A stretch of 64,000 bases of DNA from Mustelus asterias (lineage: Eukaryota). The stretch spans positions 52,638,001 to 52,702,000 of the forward strand of contig NC_135824.1 in assembly GCF_964213995.1 (NCBI RefSeq), in the 5' to 3' direction. Both the position numbers and the translations under genes were made by a program. Position 1 is the stretch's first letter, and each line of letters begins with the position of its first letter. This document shows, one piece after another, positions 49,700 through 61,567 of the stretch. The notes beneath the pieces are model-generated. The model saw only the letters and a program-made list of their open reading frames with translations. It was not told the origin of the DNA and made no database searches.

Positions 49700-50790
49700 G
49701 GTGCCATATCACCACAGATCACATAATCGTTACGTCACAGATGGAGGCTATTCTGTCCATTGCGTCTGCACTGGCTCTCCAAATAAGTATCATGACCTAG
49801 TGCTTTCCCCGCCCCTTCCTGTACTCCTGCAGACTGTTTCTATTAAAATAATTTCACAAAGCCCTCCTGAATGCCTCGATTGAATTTGCCCTCGACACAA
49901 TTCCAGGTGGTGCATCCCGGACCGGAAGCACTTGCTTTGTGAAAAAGTTTCTTTCTTGCATCATATTTGCATCTTTTACAAATGTCTTTAAACTGTGCAT
50001 GCATATTCTTGATCCTTTTATGAGCGGGAGCAGTGTCCCTCTATTTAATCTGTCCAGACCCCTCATGATTTCGAACATTTTGATCAAATCTCTTATTAAT
50101 TTCTTTCTCTCCAAGGGGAACCTCTCCAATATATCCTCATAACTGAAGTTTATCATTCCTCTCCAATTCATTCAAGTTCTTCCCGTAGACTGTCGCCCAC
50201 TGTACACAATACTCCAGCTAAGATCTATCCAATCTCCGGTATAAGTTGGCATAACCCCCTTGCTTTTATACTCTGTATCAAATACTGTATGCTTTATTAA
50301 CTGCTCTCTCCACCTGTCCTGCCATCTTCAATGATCAATGTGCAGGTCCTTCTGCTCCTGCACCCCCCTAAGAATTTTACCACTTATTTTATGTTGTCTC
50401 TCCATGTTCTTCCATCCAAAGCTCATTACCTCACATATCCCCACATTGGACCTCATCTGCCTCATATCTGCACACTCCAGCAACTTGCCTTTGTAACTTT
50501 CAAGTTATACACATTGCTCCTGTCATATTTTAAAATACTTTCCAATTTTGGTTTATCCACAAACTTTGAAAGTGTCCCCCGCACAGCAAAATCTCGATCA
50601 TTGATATTGATCAGGAAAAGCAAGGGTCCCAATACTGAACACTGGGGAGAACAAGTACAAAGCTTCCCCCAGCCCAAACAAAATCCATTGACCATTAATA
50701 TCTCCTTCCTTTTATTCAATCCATTTGGGGTCCACGTTCCTGCTGGGTTTTTTTTCACAAGTCTATTGTTTGGCACTCTATCCAATGCCC
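49700..50790 (-). mobile_element. Degenerate CR1 LINE fragment
   Basis: PQCSVLGPLLFLININD (RT motif) and CR1 C-terminal motifs on the minus strand. Confidence 0.75.
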
Positions 50791-50974
50791 TTTAGCCTTT
50801 TATGATATCCAATGCCGTTTATGATAAAACTCTTGTAAAGTGGGAAATGTAATTGGACTTTCCAATGGAGGTCTCCTCGACTCAACTCAGCAGAATATAT
50901 GTTTCCTTGTGATAAGGGAAAAGAAAGGCTTGGCAGTGGGTGGATGGAGTTGACTGGAATTACATCTGTCTTGA

Positions 50975-51796
50975 AGCCGTTATAATCCAGGTCAGAAACT
51001 TCAAGGTGTTTTATGAAGTCAGCCCGGATCATAAGTTTTGCACTTCGAATTTTGTCATGGGTAGGCATAAAATATTTCACTCTAGGCATGCTTCAAATGT
51101 CCCTCTAGGGAGCTTTCATCAAACAAAATTTATTTAAGAATATAATTAACACATAGAAAATGAGCAAGAACTTTTACCAATTATAACGATGAAAGAAAAC
51201 AACCATGATATTGCATAAACCTTAACAGCCCAATGTACTGTTCGAACCAAATGAACCTTCTTACAAACATACGCCCATCCCAGATTCAGCACAGAAAATA
51301 AGAATGCGCACGTGATGCTGGATCTTGCAGCTTTCCAACCCCCTCTGTGGTTTACTCATTTGGAGGGTGAGTTGAAAACGCTGAGGCCTTCCAATCCTGA
51401 TACTTTGAGCACACTTCAAGAGACACAGGCACTCCTTGCCTCGAGGTACGAGCTAGCCTGCCTCCAAGAGCTGAATTTCCAATACAAGGGAGAGACACTG
51501 AAATACAGCTTGCAGTATGCAGTCCTAACAGCTTCAAACTAGCCAAACTGAAAGAGAGGTTCTCCACCTGAGCTGTCAATCATTCTTCCCCCATCAATTC
51601 AAAGGAGTCGTAAATTCCAGGAGAGTGCATTGGGCCAAATTAAAAGCTATCTAAAAGCCTATTACATGACACCAGCAACAATCAAAGAATATCGGCTCAG
51701 ACAGCTTGGGAACCAACACAAAAGCCCAGGCCCTCTTAAAAGACTTGCAGAGAAACATGATGGAAATACATTTCTTAAAGACACAGCAGCATGACA
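50975..51796 (-). mobile_element. LTR-like interspersed repeat
   Basis: Shares both ends with 16614-17438 (CCAGG.CAGA.ACT.CAAGGTGTTTT; AGCTTT..TCAAACAAA.TTTATTTAAG; TTTCTT.AAG.CACAG). Confidence 0.5.
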
Positions 51797-52520
51797 AAAA
51801 CTCATTCTGTGAGATCATCGTGCAGATGTGGCACAAAAAACCCAGGCGGAATTATGCTCTTTAGGGAAATAAAGTGTTCTAGGGCCACATAACATCCCCA
51901 AATTCATTGTAGCCAATGAAATCTATTGGAGGTTTAGTCACAGCTATAATGTGATGATCACAGAAACTAGTTTGCAGGTACTAACCTCCCCAAACAGAAA
52001 GAGATATATGATCAGATAATCTTCTTCTCGTGACATCGGTTAAGGGATAGGTTGAGGCCCAGGGCACAGTGGAGAACACAGTACTGCTGCTGGATCCATC
52101 TGAGGGGGCAGGCATGTCATATATTTAATGTCTCATATGAAAGAATGCTCGTCTAATGCTACTTATAGCGAACTGGAGTAGGCATAATGACATTGCTCCG
52201 AAGGGAGGAATCTCCTTACTGAGTAATGGATTACACAAACTCTCAATCCATGCACCTTTTAGTTACCAATTAAAATCTTGCTTCATATTTGGGGGAATGG
52301 TGGTACAAAAGATAGAAGTGCTCATAATTGGACAGATAATATTATTAGAGTAGACTTAATATAAGGAGATGGACCTCGATCAACTTCACGCTTCAATGGA
52401 TAATATTATATTTCTACAATTTAACTCATACACCAGGATCCTAAGATGATGATATGTTCTATTAGCTAAGAGTAGAAGAGAACAGAAATTCCAAAGTTGT
52501 TATTTATATTTACTTCACAG

Positions 52521-52627
52521 AGGCAAAAATGCAAAGCATGCAAACAGGAAAGCTGACGTACCTGATCTTGATCTGCAAAAGCATCTTTTATGGGATATTC
52601 ATCGCAATACTTGCTTGGAAAACGAAG
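52521..52627 (+). CDS. TRBC: TCR beta constant exon 3 (connecting peptide and TM)
   Basis: Acceptor cacag, (E)AKMQSMQTGKLTYLILICKSIFYGIFIAILAWKTK, donor GTAAG. Conserved TM Y..L..K...Y (CART) pattern with the CD3-binding Lys. Confidence 0.95.
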
Positions 52628-54142
52628 GTAAGATTAAACTAAGTATGGTAAAACTTACATTCTAAAACTGAAACTGCCTTCTTTTTGGTAGTCTAGCCAC
52701 GAACAAAAATGGTTATCATTCAATCGTTGAACACCTCTGCATACATGTAATGACAGTCTACAGATTTTCTGCAAAAAAAAATCCATTCTAGTTTCATTCC
52801 AACTGTTGCATTTTATATGACCTTAATGGAGAAACTCATTTATGCATTCATGGAAATACATGAAAAAATGATAGCACATAAATTACCCAGTCGGCCCAAA
52901 TGGATTCAGATATTCCATGGTGCCTATCTCAGTCTAAATGGTGCCCACCTCTGTTTAAACATCACAGTAGTCCCATTCCACTGTGACTAACCTGAGCGCA
53001 GTGACCCTCTGTTACCATGTACGTCTATTTATCTATCGTCTGTCATTAAATCATCTATGCTATTCGACTCAATAACTCCAATCAGTGGCAATTCTAGCTA
53101 GTTTTGGGGTTAAATACTTTCGATGTGCAACTGGCTGTCTTATATTAATGACATCTAGTTTCTGATCCTTGGTCTACAGAACTCAACTTCCTATTCAGTC
53201 CGATTACCCACGACACTAAGTAAAAAGAAAACATCAATTGAATACAGTTCGTTCCATTGCGACTATTCGGCCTGAAAACAATATATCAGGACAGCATGTA
53301 GGCTGGCTCTAGGGGAAATGCAAAATGGAGGAGAGAGTTTGTGGCCTCAGGTTGTTAAATTAAATTCAATGTTGAGTCGAGAAGGCTGCCAAGTGCTTAA
53401 TTAGAAGATGATTTTTCCAGCTTATGTTGGGATCCGCTGGAACATTGCAACAGGGCGAGCACAGAAATATGAGCAGGAGATCAAGATGGTGAATTGAAAT
53501 AGCAAGCAATCGGGGATCGGGTCATGCTAGCGGATTCAGTAGGAAAGTGATGAGGTGTTGCGCGTGACAGAAGAGTGGGCCAGGATGGTCGAAGAGAGAA
53601 CAGCCCCTTACGAATGCTTACAGGGGAGGGAGAAGAAAATGTGTTTGGTGGTGGCATCCATAGAGTTGGGTGAAAATAATCCTTTGAATGTGATGGCTGG
53701 TGGGGTGGAAGGGAACGCTATCATGGTTCTGAGAGAGGTGGGAACGGGTAATGTTAGGAGTGCAGAAAGTGGGTCGCAAATGGCTGAAATCCATGTGTAA
53801 GTAAGGAGAAGCTGTTCAAATAATATGTGAATCAGTAACTAAAGGACACAGATATAGAATAATAGATCAAATAACCAAAGGAGAAGATGAGGGAGTATTT
53901 TCATGCAAGGAGTTGTTATGATCTGGAATGCACTGCCAGAAAGGAAGTCGAAACACATTAAGTACCAACTTTTAAAATGTCGTTGGATTTATATTTGTGG
54001 GAAGCGGGATCACACAACAGGGAGCTAGCATGAATTGGATATTCTTTTGAAATGCCAGTGGGGTGACAGGATGGCCTCTTCCTCGGAAGTATGATTCTGA
54101 TTTAAAATGGTGGTAAGGCCGACTTTTTTTATTGTTTACTAG

Positions 54143-54169
54143 ACGTCTTACAGCAAAAGGTTTGATTGA
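54143..54169 (+). CDS. TRBC: TCR beta constant exon 4 (cytoplasmic tail TSYSKRFD*)
   Basis: T-rich tract and tag acceptor, phase 0, stop TGA at 54167-54169. Confidence 0.8.
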   Translation, partial: TSYSKRFD

Positions 54170-54628
54170 GCATCACACACATTGAATTGGCAAATAGTGG
54201 AACACACGAGAGAGGAAGAAGAGAGAATATGTGAAGATTGCGAAAACCTTGGAAGTGAATTTTGTTCTATCAACTCTCGCCACAATGATATGAAAATTGG
54301 TGCACCATTGCTGCCGGAGATGAATGGAGAAATCTATGTTCTGTTTTAGCTTTTCGGTTGAAATAACTTCTTTCATATTCTTGACATTGCTTTTATTAAA
54401 TTTTCCTGTGTCTGAATAGGTTAGGCTTTGAGGAATTTGCAACCTCTTTCCAGGTCATTTGTTAGTCCACGTTATTGCAATCTTTGTAAAGAATCATGGA
54501 ATCTAACAAAGGAGACCATTTGGTCCCTCGTGCAATGCCTACCTTTTGAAGAAGATCCATTTGATCCCAAATTGAACAATTCCAGCTTCTCAAACCTCCC
54601 CATGAAACTAAAGCTCTTGTGCCAGTCC

Positions 54629-54634
54629 AATAAA
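54629..54634 (+). terminator. Candidate polyadenylation signal of TRBC
   Basis: First AATAAA after the stop codon; a second one lies near 54873. Confidence 0.5.
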
Positions 54635-55987
54635 GCTGTGTATATTATTAAGTAGCAGAAAGCACATTATAACTGAAATCATGTTTAGTGCATCATAACA
54701 TATTTTGTTCTTATCTAGTAGTGCATAACTGTCAATGTTAGTTTTAGAATTCTCCTCATAGATTGTGGACGGAGACTGGGGTCACATTTGTTATAGGGTT
54801 CTCAGTGCGTCTGATAGTGACAGGTAGCTTATGATTCTTTATTCATCTGTTCTGCTTGTTCACTGTTTAAGAAATAAATAGAATATTCCTACCAAAAAAC
54901 CGTTTCTTCTCACAATTATTTCAGTCTTCTCTCATGCTTAGATTTTGCTAAACAACAATGTCCAGCTAACCATTTTTATACGTGTTTGCTGGGGGTGGAC
55001 ATCAAGGAATATCGAGTAAATGTGGGGAAATGTGGCTTAGATGCAGATCAGCCACAAGAATTGGAACAGGTACCGGGGATATAGTCACACCATCCTGTTC
55101 CTATGTAACATGCAGTGGAGGAATAATTTGCCTTCTCCTGTTACAATGCAACTGATTCCAGGGGTTTGAAAGATCTCTTTCAATGCAAACAGCCTCGTGG
55201 CTGAAGGGCTTTCTGCCAATTTTATCTAACAACCTTAAGTGGGTTCAAGAGCTTGTTTTATTTTCCTGTAACAGATCTGAAGCGGCTGAATAGGTGCCAA
55301 ATATTGGACTAATATCCCTGAGCGGGGAGGTGTTTGTTTTATTTAATATGGGGGAGGGGGTGTAATGGGCCACACTAGGGAAACCAGCACATTTTCCCAT
55401 TCCTAATTGCTTTTGAGAATGTGTTAATTAGCGACGTTCTTGGATACAATTTCATGGGGCAATTAATTGTCAGCCATATTTTTTTTAATTTCAAAAATAT
55501 ACTTTATTCACAAAACAAAACTCTCCAATAAAACATTGCAAAATGACAGATCCAAAAGTCATGAACAGTGCAAAAAAGAATCATTTTCACAGTACAACAC
55601 AGTGCTTATTTACAAAACATTACATTTCGTTACATTTCATTTCTTAAAACTATATACATACGTCAGAGTTTACTTTAATTGTCAGCCATATGGTTATGGG
55701 CCTGGTGTATCATAGAGGCCAGACTATATAAAGATGATATGTTTCCCTACCCGATTTTGCGAGTATCCAGTAGCTTCAAGGTCAACATTACTGATGATAG
55801 ATTTTTTGTTCCATATTTTCAGTAAATTCTCTTAATTTAAATTCTCCAGCTGCAGTAATGTGATTTGAGCTGACATTTCTGGACTATTTACCCAGGATGT
55901 GGAGATGCCGGCGTTGGACTGGGGTAAGCACAGTAAGAAGTCTCACAACACCAGGTTAAAGTCCAATAGGTTTATTTGGTAGCAAAT

Positions 55988-56025
55988 ACCATAAGCTTTC
56001 GGAGCGCTGCCCCTTCATCAGATGG
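55988..56025 (-). ncRNA. Minimal hammerhead ribozyme motif
   Basis: ccat-CTGATGA-a-ggggc agc gctcc-GAAA-gc-TTA-tgg. Confidence 0.7.
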
Positions 56026-56744
56026 AGTGGTTATCTGTTCTCAAACAGTGCAAACAGACACAGAAATCAAATTACAGAATACTGATTAGAATGCAAATCT
56101 CTACAGCCAGCCAGGTCTTAAATGTACAGACAATGTGGGTGGAGGGAGCATTCAACACAGGTTAAAGAGATGTGTATTGTCTCCAGACAGAACAGCCAGT
56201 GAAATTCTGCAAGCCAAGGAGGCAAGCTGTGGGGGTTACTGATAATGTGACATAAATCCAACATCCCGGTTTAGGCCGTCCTCATGTGTGCGGAACTTGG
56301 CTATCAGTTTCTGCTCAGTGACTCTGCGCTGTCGTGTGTCGTGAAGGCCGCCTTGGAGAACGCTTACCTGAAGATCCAAGGCTGAATGCCCGTGACTGCT
56401 GAAGTGCTCCCCCACAGGTGCTCCTTCACGACACACGACAGTGCAGAGTCGCTGAGCAGAAACTGATAGCCAAGTTCCGCACACATGAGGACGGCCTAAA
56501 CCGGGATGTTGGATTTATGTCACATTATCAGTAACCCCCACAGCTTGCCTCCTTGGCTTGCAGAATTTCACTGGCTGTTCTGTCTGGAGACAATACACAT
56601 CTCTTTAACCTGTGTTGAATGCTCCCTCCACCCACATTGTCTGTACATTTAAGACCTGGCTGGCTGTAGAGATTTGCATTCTAATCAGTATTCTGTAATT
56701 TGATTTCTGTGTCTGTTTGCACTGTTTGAGAACAGATAACCACT

Positions 56745-56782
56745 CCATCTGACGAAGGGGCAGCGCTCCGAAAGCTTATGGT
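56745..56782 (+). ncRNA. Minimal hammerhead ribozyme motif
   Basis: ccat-CTGACGA-a-ggggc agc gctcc-GAAA-gc-TTA-tgg. Confidence 0.7.
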
Positions 56783-58689
56783 ATTTGCTACCAAATAAAC
56801 CTGTTGGACTTTAACCTGGTGTTGTGAGACTTCTTACTCTATTTACCCAGGCCACTGTTACAAGTATGCTACGATCCGTCACAAGCAATTTCACTAAGGA
56901 TCCTTTCTGTCGACTCCTGGTTTAGACAACTTCACCCCCAGATTTGACAGAGAACAAAGCACCCCTTCTTTTATAAATGGTATCTCCACACGAGCAATTA
57001 TTCTCAGAGACAGTAAATAATTATGTAAGTCGGAGATTCGTAATGGTAGGCCAGTGTAGTTCCTCTTTTATCCTATGGGAGTGTTGAGCGCCAATGTTGG
57101 GGGAGGGACAGAGGCAGGTATCTCTGCGTTAAACGCCTCCATACCAAACCCCTCTACATAAGACCCTGGCAACATGTGAAGCCCCTCGAATCTGTTTAGA
57201 AGATTTAAAGAGTCCTGGGCTGGTCTGTGACGTAACTTAATAGAAATGTATAAAAATAGCAACATGAAAATAGGCAAAAGTCTCATGTTTTCCACACCAA
57301 TTGTTCTGTTCGTCCCAATCTCTTCTTGTCCCCTTCATTTTGGCACAAGAACAAATCCTTCGATTCTTTTCTTCATTACCACTATATCGGGATGCTCCTT
57401 AAATCTTTTTGGTTTCAAGAGTTTCCCTGCGATTGTGAAATCCACATTCTGACTGAATTCTCCAATTACTGACTACCTTGTAGAGTAATTCTTTCTGACC
57501 CCTTCCAAGAAATTGAAATATTTTCTCTTCATCTACTCTTTCGATCTCCTTTGCATGTTTACCGCTATACCTCTATAAAACTATCAGTCTGCTCTGTCTT
57601 TTCCACAGACATGAGTTACAGTTTGTTCAGTCTTTCCTGATGGCTAACAACACAAACTGTCCTGATTTCTAGGAATCAAACCACATTTCATTGGATACAG
57701 ACATTGGAAGGGACGTTTGTTATCATACTGAGTGATCAATACTGATATACATCAATTCAATCTCTAAAGCAGCTTTGGAAAGTTGCAGGTAGAACCTGTT
57801 TAGGGAATTCGGAACGTTCTGTGAGAGATGGTTTTCCTTTCCACTGTTTCTCTCGATCTGCCTCCTGTTCCAACACTCTACACCGTTTTCCCACCAGTAC
57901 TCTATCCCTATAAACCTCCGTCCTCTCTCTTCCTAAACCTTACTTCTTCCCATCTTTCTATTCTCCCCATTGTCACTTTTTCTTTCTGTTCATCTACTCT
58001 CTTTGTTTCCTCGCCCTCTGTCCCTTTTCTCTCTACCTATGTCTTCATAATCTACTGCAGTAACTCTCCCGTCATCTTTCCGGAGTCCCCTCTCCCCCCC
58101 TTCCCCCGACCCCCCGTTGCTTCCGTCCCATTTTGCTACCTGCTACCTCTTTCGTTCTTCCCTCTCCATGTTTCTTGGCAGTTCTGACCCTCACATTTTG
58201 TCTTTCACTCCATCTTTTCAAACCCTATTCCTAGCTGCTTATCTCTCCCTCTTTCACAGTTTCTGTCCGCCTCGCTCACTCTTGCTGTTTCTTTTTCTCT
58301 CTCCCTCTTTCCATTAACTGTCCTCTTGGTCGATTTATTTATCCCTCTATGATCTATCTAACCCCGCTCCTGCTTTCTCTCTCTCTCGGCCTCTGTCCAC
58401 TGGCTCTCTAATTTTCTCTGACTCTTTTTCACGCTTCCTCTCCATCTGACTTTGTTTCTTTCTCTTTTATTATCTCTGTCCCTCGCTTGGTCTTGCTCTC
58501 TATTACTCTCTCTCTCTCGCTAAATTCGCTTCCGATTCTTAACGTCAGCAACACACAGCTTACAAGAATGTCAGCAGTAACAATGGAAGCAATCAATGCG
58601 CGAAGGCAGACTTGATCAAAATTTTAAGTTAATGGCAGAAATGTAATTTTAGCTTTGTCAGAGAATCCAGCTGTAGGAGTGCAAAAGCT

Positions 58690-59065
58690 GACCACAAGGC
58701 AATAAAGAGTGATTCAACATTAAAATCCACGTCTATTGTTACTGCGTCAGTCACTCAGACATCTCTGGAAAATACTGACTCGAAACAAGACTCGAACTGT
58801 GGAGAAAAACATTGAGCAGCTGCACGGAAAAAAAGTCAAACGGAAGCGGTGGGATGTGAGCTTACAAACATTGTGGTGTAGCTTTGAGCTGACAGGCGCA
58901 TTTCACAGTTTCTAAAGTCGGTCGTGGGGCTACGTTTCACTTTGCGGTTTAACGGAATGTGCCAGGTGTCCTCACAGCGCTATCAGTTTGGAGGCCGGTT
59001 CACTGAGATGTTGTTCTCTCATTTCCTCCTTGGTGGAAAAACTGACTCTGAGCCTCTGCACCTGC
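58690..59065. promoter_or_regulatory. Candidate TCR beta 3' enhancer (E-beta-like)
   Basis: Cluster of RUNX, ETS, E-box, CRE/AP-1 and GATA motifs in non-repetitive DNA about 4.5 kb 3' of the C stop codon. Confidence 0.45.
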
Positions 59066-59648
59066 CATGTGGAGGCTGGGCGTATTTAACAAAACTGATC
59101 ATTTTATTTTCATTTAATTATTCTTCCAATCTTCAGTTCTTTTTCCATTCATCTTTTCATCTTTCATTGGCCACATTTTCGTTCTTGATTCTTTCAATAT
59201 TTATTGTTTCTTTAATGCAATCCAACTTTCTATTTGTCAGTCATTTTATTATTTGTTTCATTCTTATTATTCTTTCTTTCTCTCTCACTGCCTTTCATAA
59301 ACTCATAGAATATTACAGCAGGGAAGGAAGCCATTCGGCCCATCGTTCCTGCACTGGCTCCCGAAAGAGCTACCCATTCTCCAGCCCTATCTGCGTAACC
59401 CTTTAAATTCATCACTTTCAAGTATGTATCCAGCTCTCTTTTGAAACCTCCAGTGGAATCCGCCTCCACCCCTGTCTCAGGCAGCACATTCCAAATCCCA
59501 AGCACTCTCTGAGTAAAGACGTTTCTCCTCATCTCATTATAGCTCTCTTGCCGAGCATCTTAAAATTGTGATCCTTAGTCACTGACATACCAACTAGTCG
59601 AAACAGCATATCATTCTTTACCTTGGTAAATTGTTCATAGGGTTCATA

Positions 59649-59983
59649 GGGCGGCACCGTGGCGCAATGGTTAGCACTGCTGCCCACAGCTCTAAGGACC
59701 TGGGTTCAATTCCCGGCTCGGGTCACTGTCTGTGTGGAGTTTGCACATTCTCCCCGTGTCTGCGTGGGTTTTCTCCGGGTGCTCCGGTTTCCTCCCACAG
59801 ACCAACGATGTGCGGGCTAGGTTGATTGGCCATGCTAAATTGCACCTTAGTGTGCTGGGATGCTTAGGTTACAGGGAGTAGCAGGGTAAATATGTGGGGT
59901 TACATGGATAGGGCCTGAGTAGGATTGTTGTCGGTGCAGACTCGATGCGCCGAATGACCGTCATCTGCACTGTAGGGTTTATG
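59649..59983 (+). mobile_element. tRNA-derived SINE
   Basis: Similar to the other SINE copies; adjacent to an antisense CR1 fragment at 59300-59640. Confidence 0.78.
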
Positions 59984-60409
59984 ATAACTTTGAACACCAC
60001 TTTTCCTTTTTGTTTTCATTCCTACACGTTTTCGTTCCCCACTTACTACTTCCTTGTTAGATACTCCCTTAAATCTATTTCCCGATGGATTCATCGCCAC
60101 CTCTACATTCATCATGTTTCGCCAGTTTATTCTTTCATGTGATGCGGTTGGCACTGGCAGGACCAGCATTTATTTCCAATCACCAATTGCCCATGGCATG
60201 ATCACTCCACCACCGTCTCTCCCTGCATCCGAACAAGCTCGCTTTATTTCCAGCTACTTTTCATGCCTCCACCTCTTCTTTTTGAACGTAGCTCAAGATG
60301 AACAAACACGATTAACAGAGAAACAGAGTAAAGATTTGGAGAGCAGTATGAATTGTCCTCGAGTGTTCCAAAGACGAATCATATTTGACTTCGCACAATA
60401 CCTAATTTG

Positions 60410-60594
60410 ATCCAAAGATGTGCGGGTTAGGTTGATTGGCCATGCTAAATTGTCCCGGAATGTATAGGTTAGAGGGATTAGCGGGGTAAATATGTGGAGT
60501 TACGGGGATAGGGCCTGGGAGGGATTGTTGTCGGTGCAGACTCGATGGGCCGAATGGCCTCCTTCTGCACTGTAGGAATTCTATGATTCTATGA
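60410..60594 (+). mobile_element. SINE 3' half
   Basis: Body and (TTCTATGA) tail as in the other copies. Confidence 0.75.
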
Positions 60595-60780
60595 ATCTGT
60601 TTCTCTCTCCACAAATGTTGCCAAAACCGCTGAGTTTTTCAAGCACTTTTTCTGTTTTTTTATTTCGGATCTCCAGCATCCACAGTATTTTGTGATTAGG
60701 ATTAAATGTGATCTCTACTGCTCCCCACTCATCTTCATGCGGTGGGCGCAATTTTAAGGACATGTGGATAAATATTTGGA

Positions 60781-61156
60781 CAGATAGATAGGGAGACAGG
60801 CGGACAGACAGATAGACNNNNNNNNNNNNNNNNNNNNNNNNNNNNNNNNNNNNNNNNNNNNNNNNNNNNNNNNNNNNNNNNNNNNNNNNNNNNNNNNNNN
60901 NNNNNNNNNNNNNNNNNNNNNNNNNNNNNNNNNNNNNNNNNNNNNNNNNNNNNNNNNNNNACGGTCGGACAGACAGTCAGACAGACATTCAGACAGACAT
61001 ATGGACAGNNNNNNNNNNNNNNNNNNNNNNNNNNNNNNNNNNNNNNNNNNNNNNNNNNNNNNNNNNNNNNNNNNNNNNNNNNNNNNNNNNNNNNNNNNNN
61101 NNNNNNNNNNNNNNNNNNNNNNNNNNNNNNNNNNNNNNNNNNNNNNNNNNNNNNNN
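60781..61156. repeat. (GACA/GATA)n microsatellite with N runs (60818-60960, 61009-61156)
   Basis: Visible repeat flanking the N runs. Confidence 0.85.
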
Positions 61157-61567
61157 AATAGCCAGAGGTGACAGGCAGAAAGTAATTGCATAGTGAGCTG
61201 TGATAGATGCCGTTCCTGAAAATATAGATTTAAAATATCTAAAAAGAGAGTGTATTATTTACTTAAATGAAAACATTTGCTAGAATATGTGTTCACAGCG
61301 CGAGATGGGAGAGTGGCGCTAATGGAATAGCTCTATCCAATGGGAAAGACATGAGCACAAGGCTTAATTAGCCGCTTTAGTGCCATTGGAATCTGTGACA
61401 AGAGTTGGAAGGTTCAAGAAGAAACAAGAGTTGTGATGTGCTTGTTAGTCGCGCGGGACTTAATTCCTTCTGGTTGTTCAACCTGTGGCAGTTAGGGGAC
61501 CAGTCCATCACATGGATTGCTCCAATTCATGCACAAGCTTTCAACAACGAAACTTTACTCCTTCAAG

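Larger units (their letters stand above)
55897..56838. mobile_element. Penelope-like element fragment forming a long inverted repeat, with 13-bp TSD
   Basis: Arms 55932-56347 and 56423-56838. GIY-YIG C-terminal peptide PVGEHF...EQKLIAKFRTHEDGLNRD. CTATTTACCCAGG duplicated at 55884-55896 and 56839-56851. Confidence 0.9.

Noticed and set aside
57828-58520. Hydrophobic ORFs in a long pyrimidine-rich tract
   Set aside because: Low-complexity CT-rich DNA yields Leu/Ser/Phe/Pro ORFs with no gene structure.
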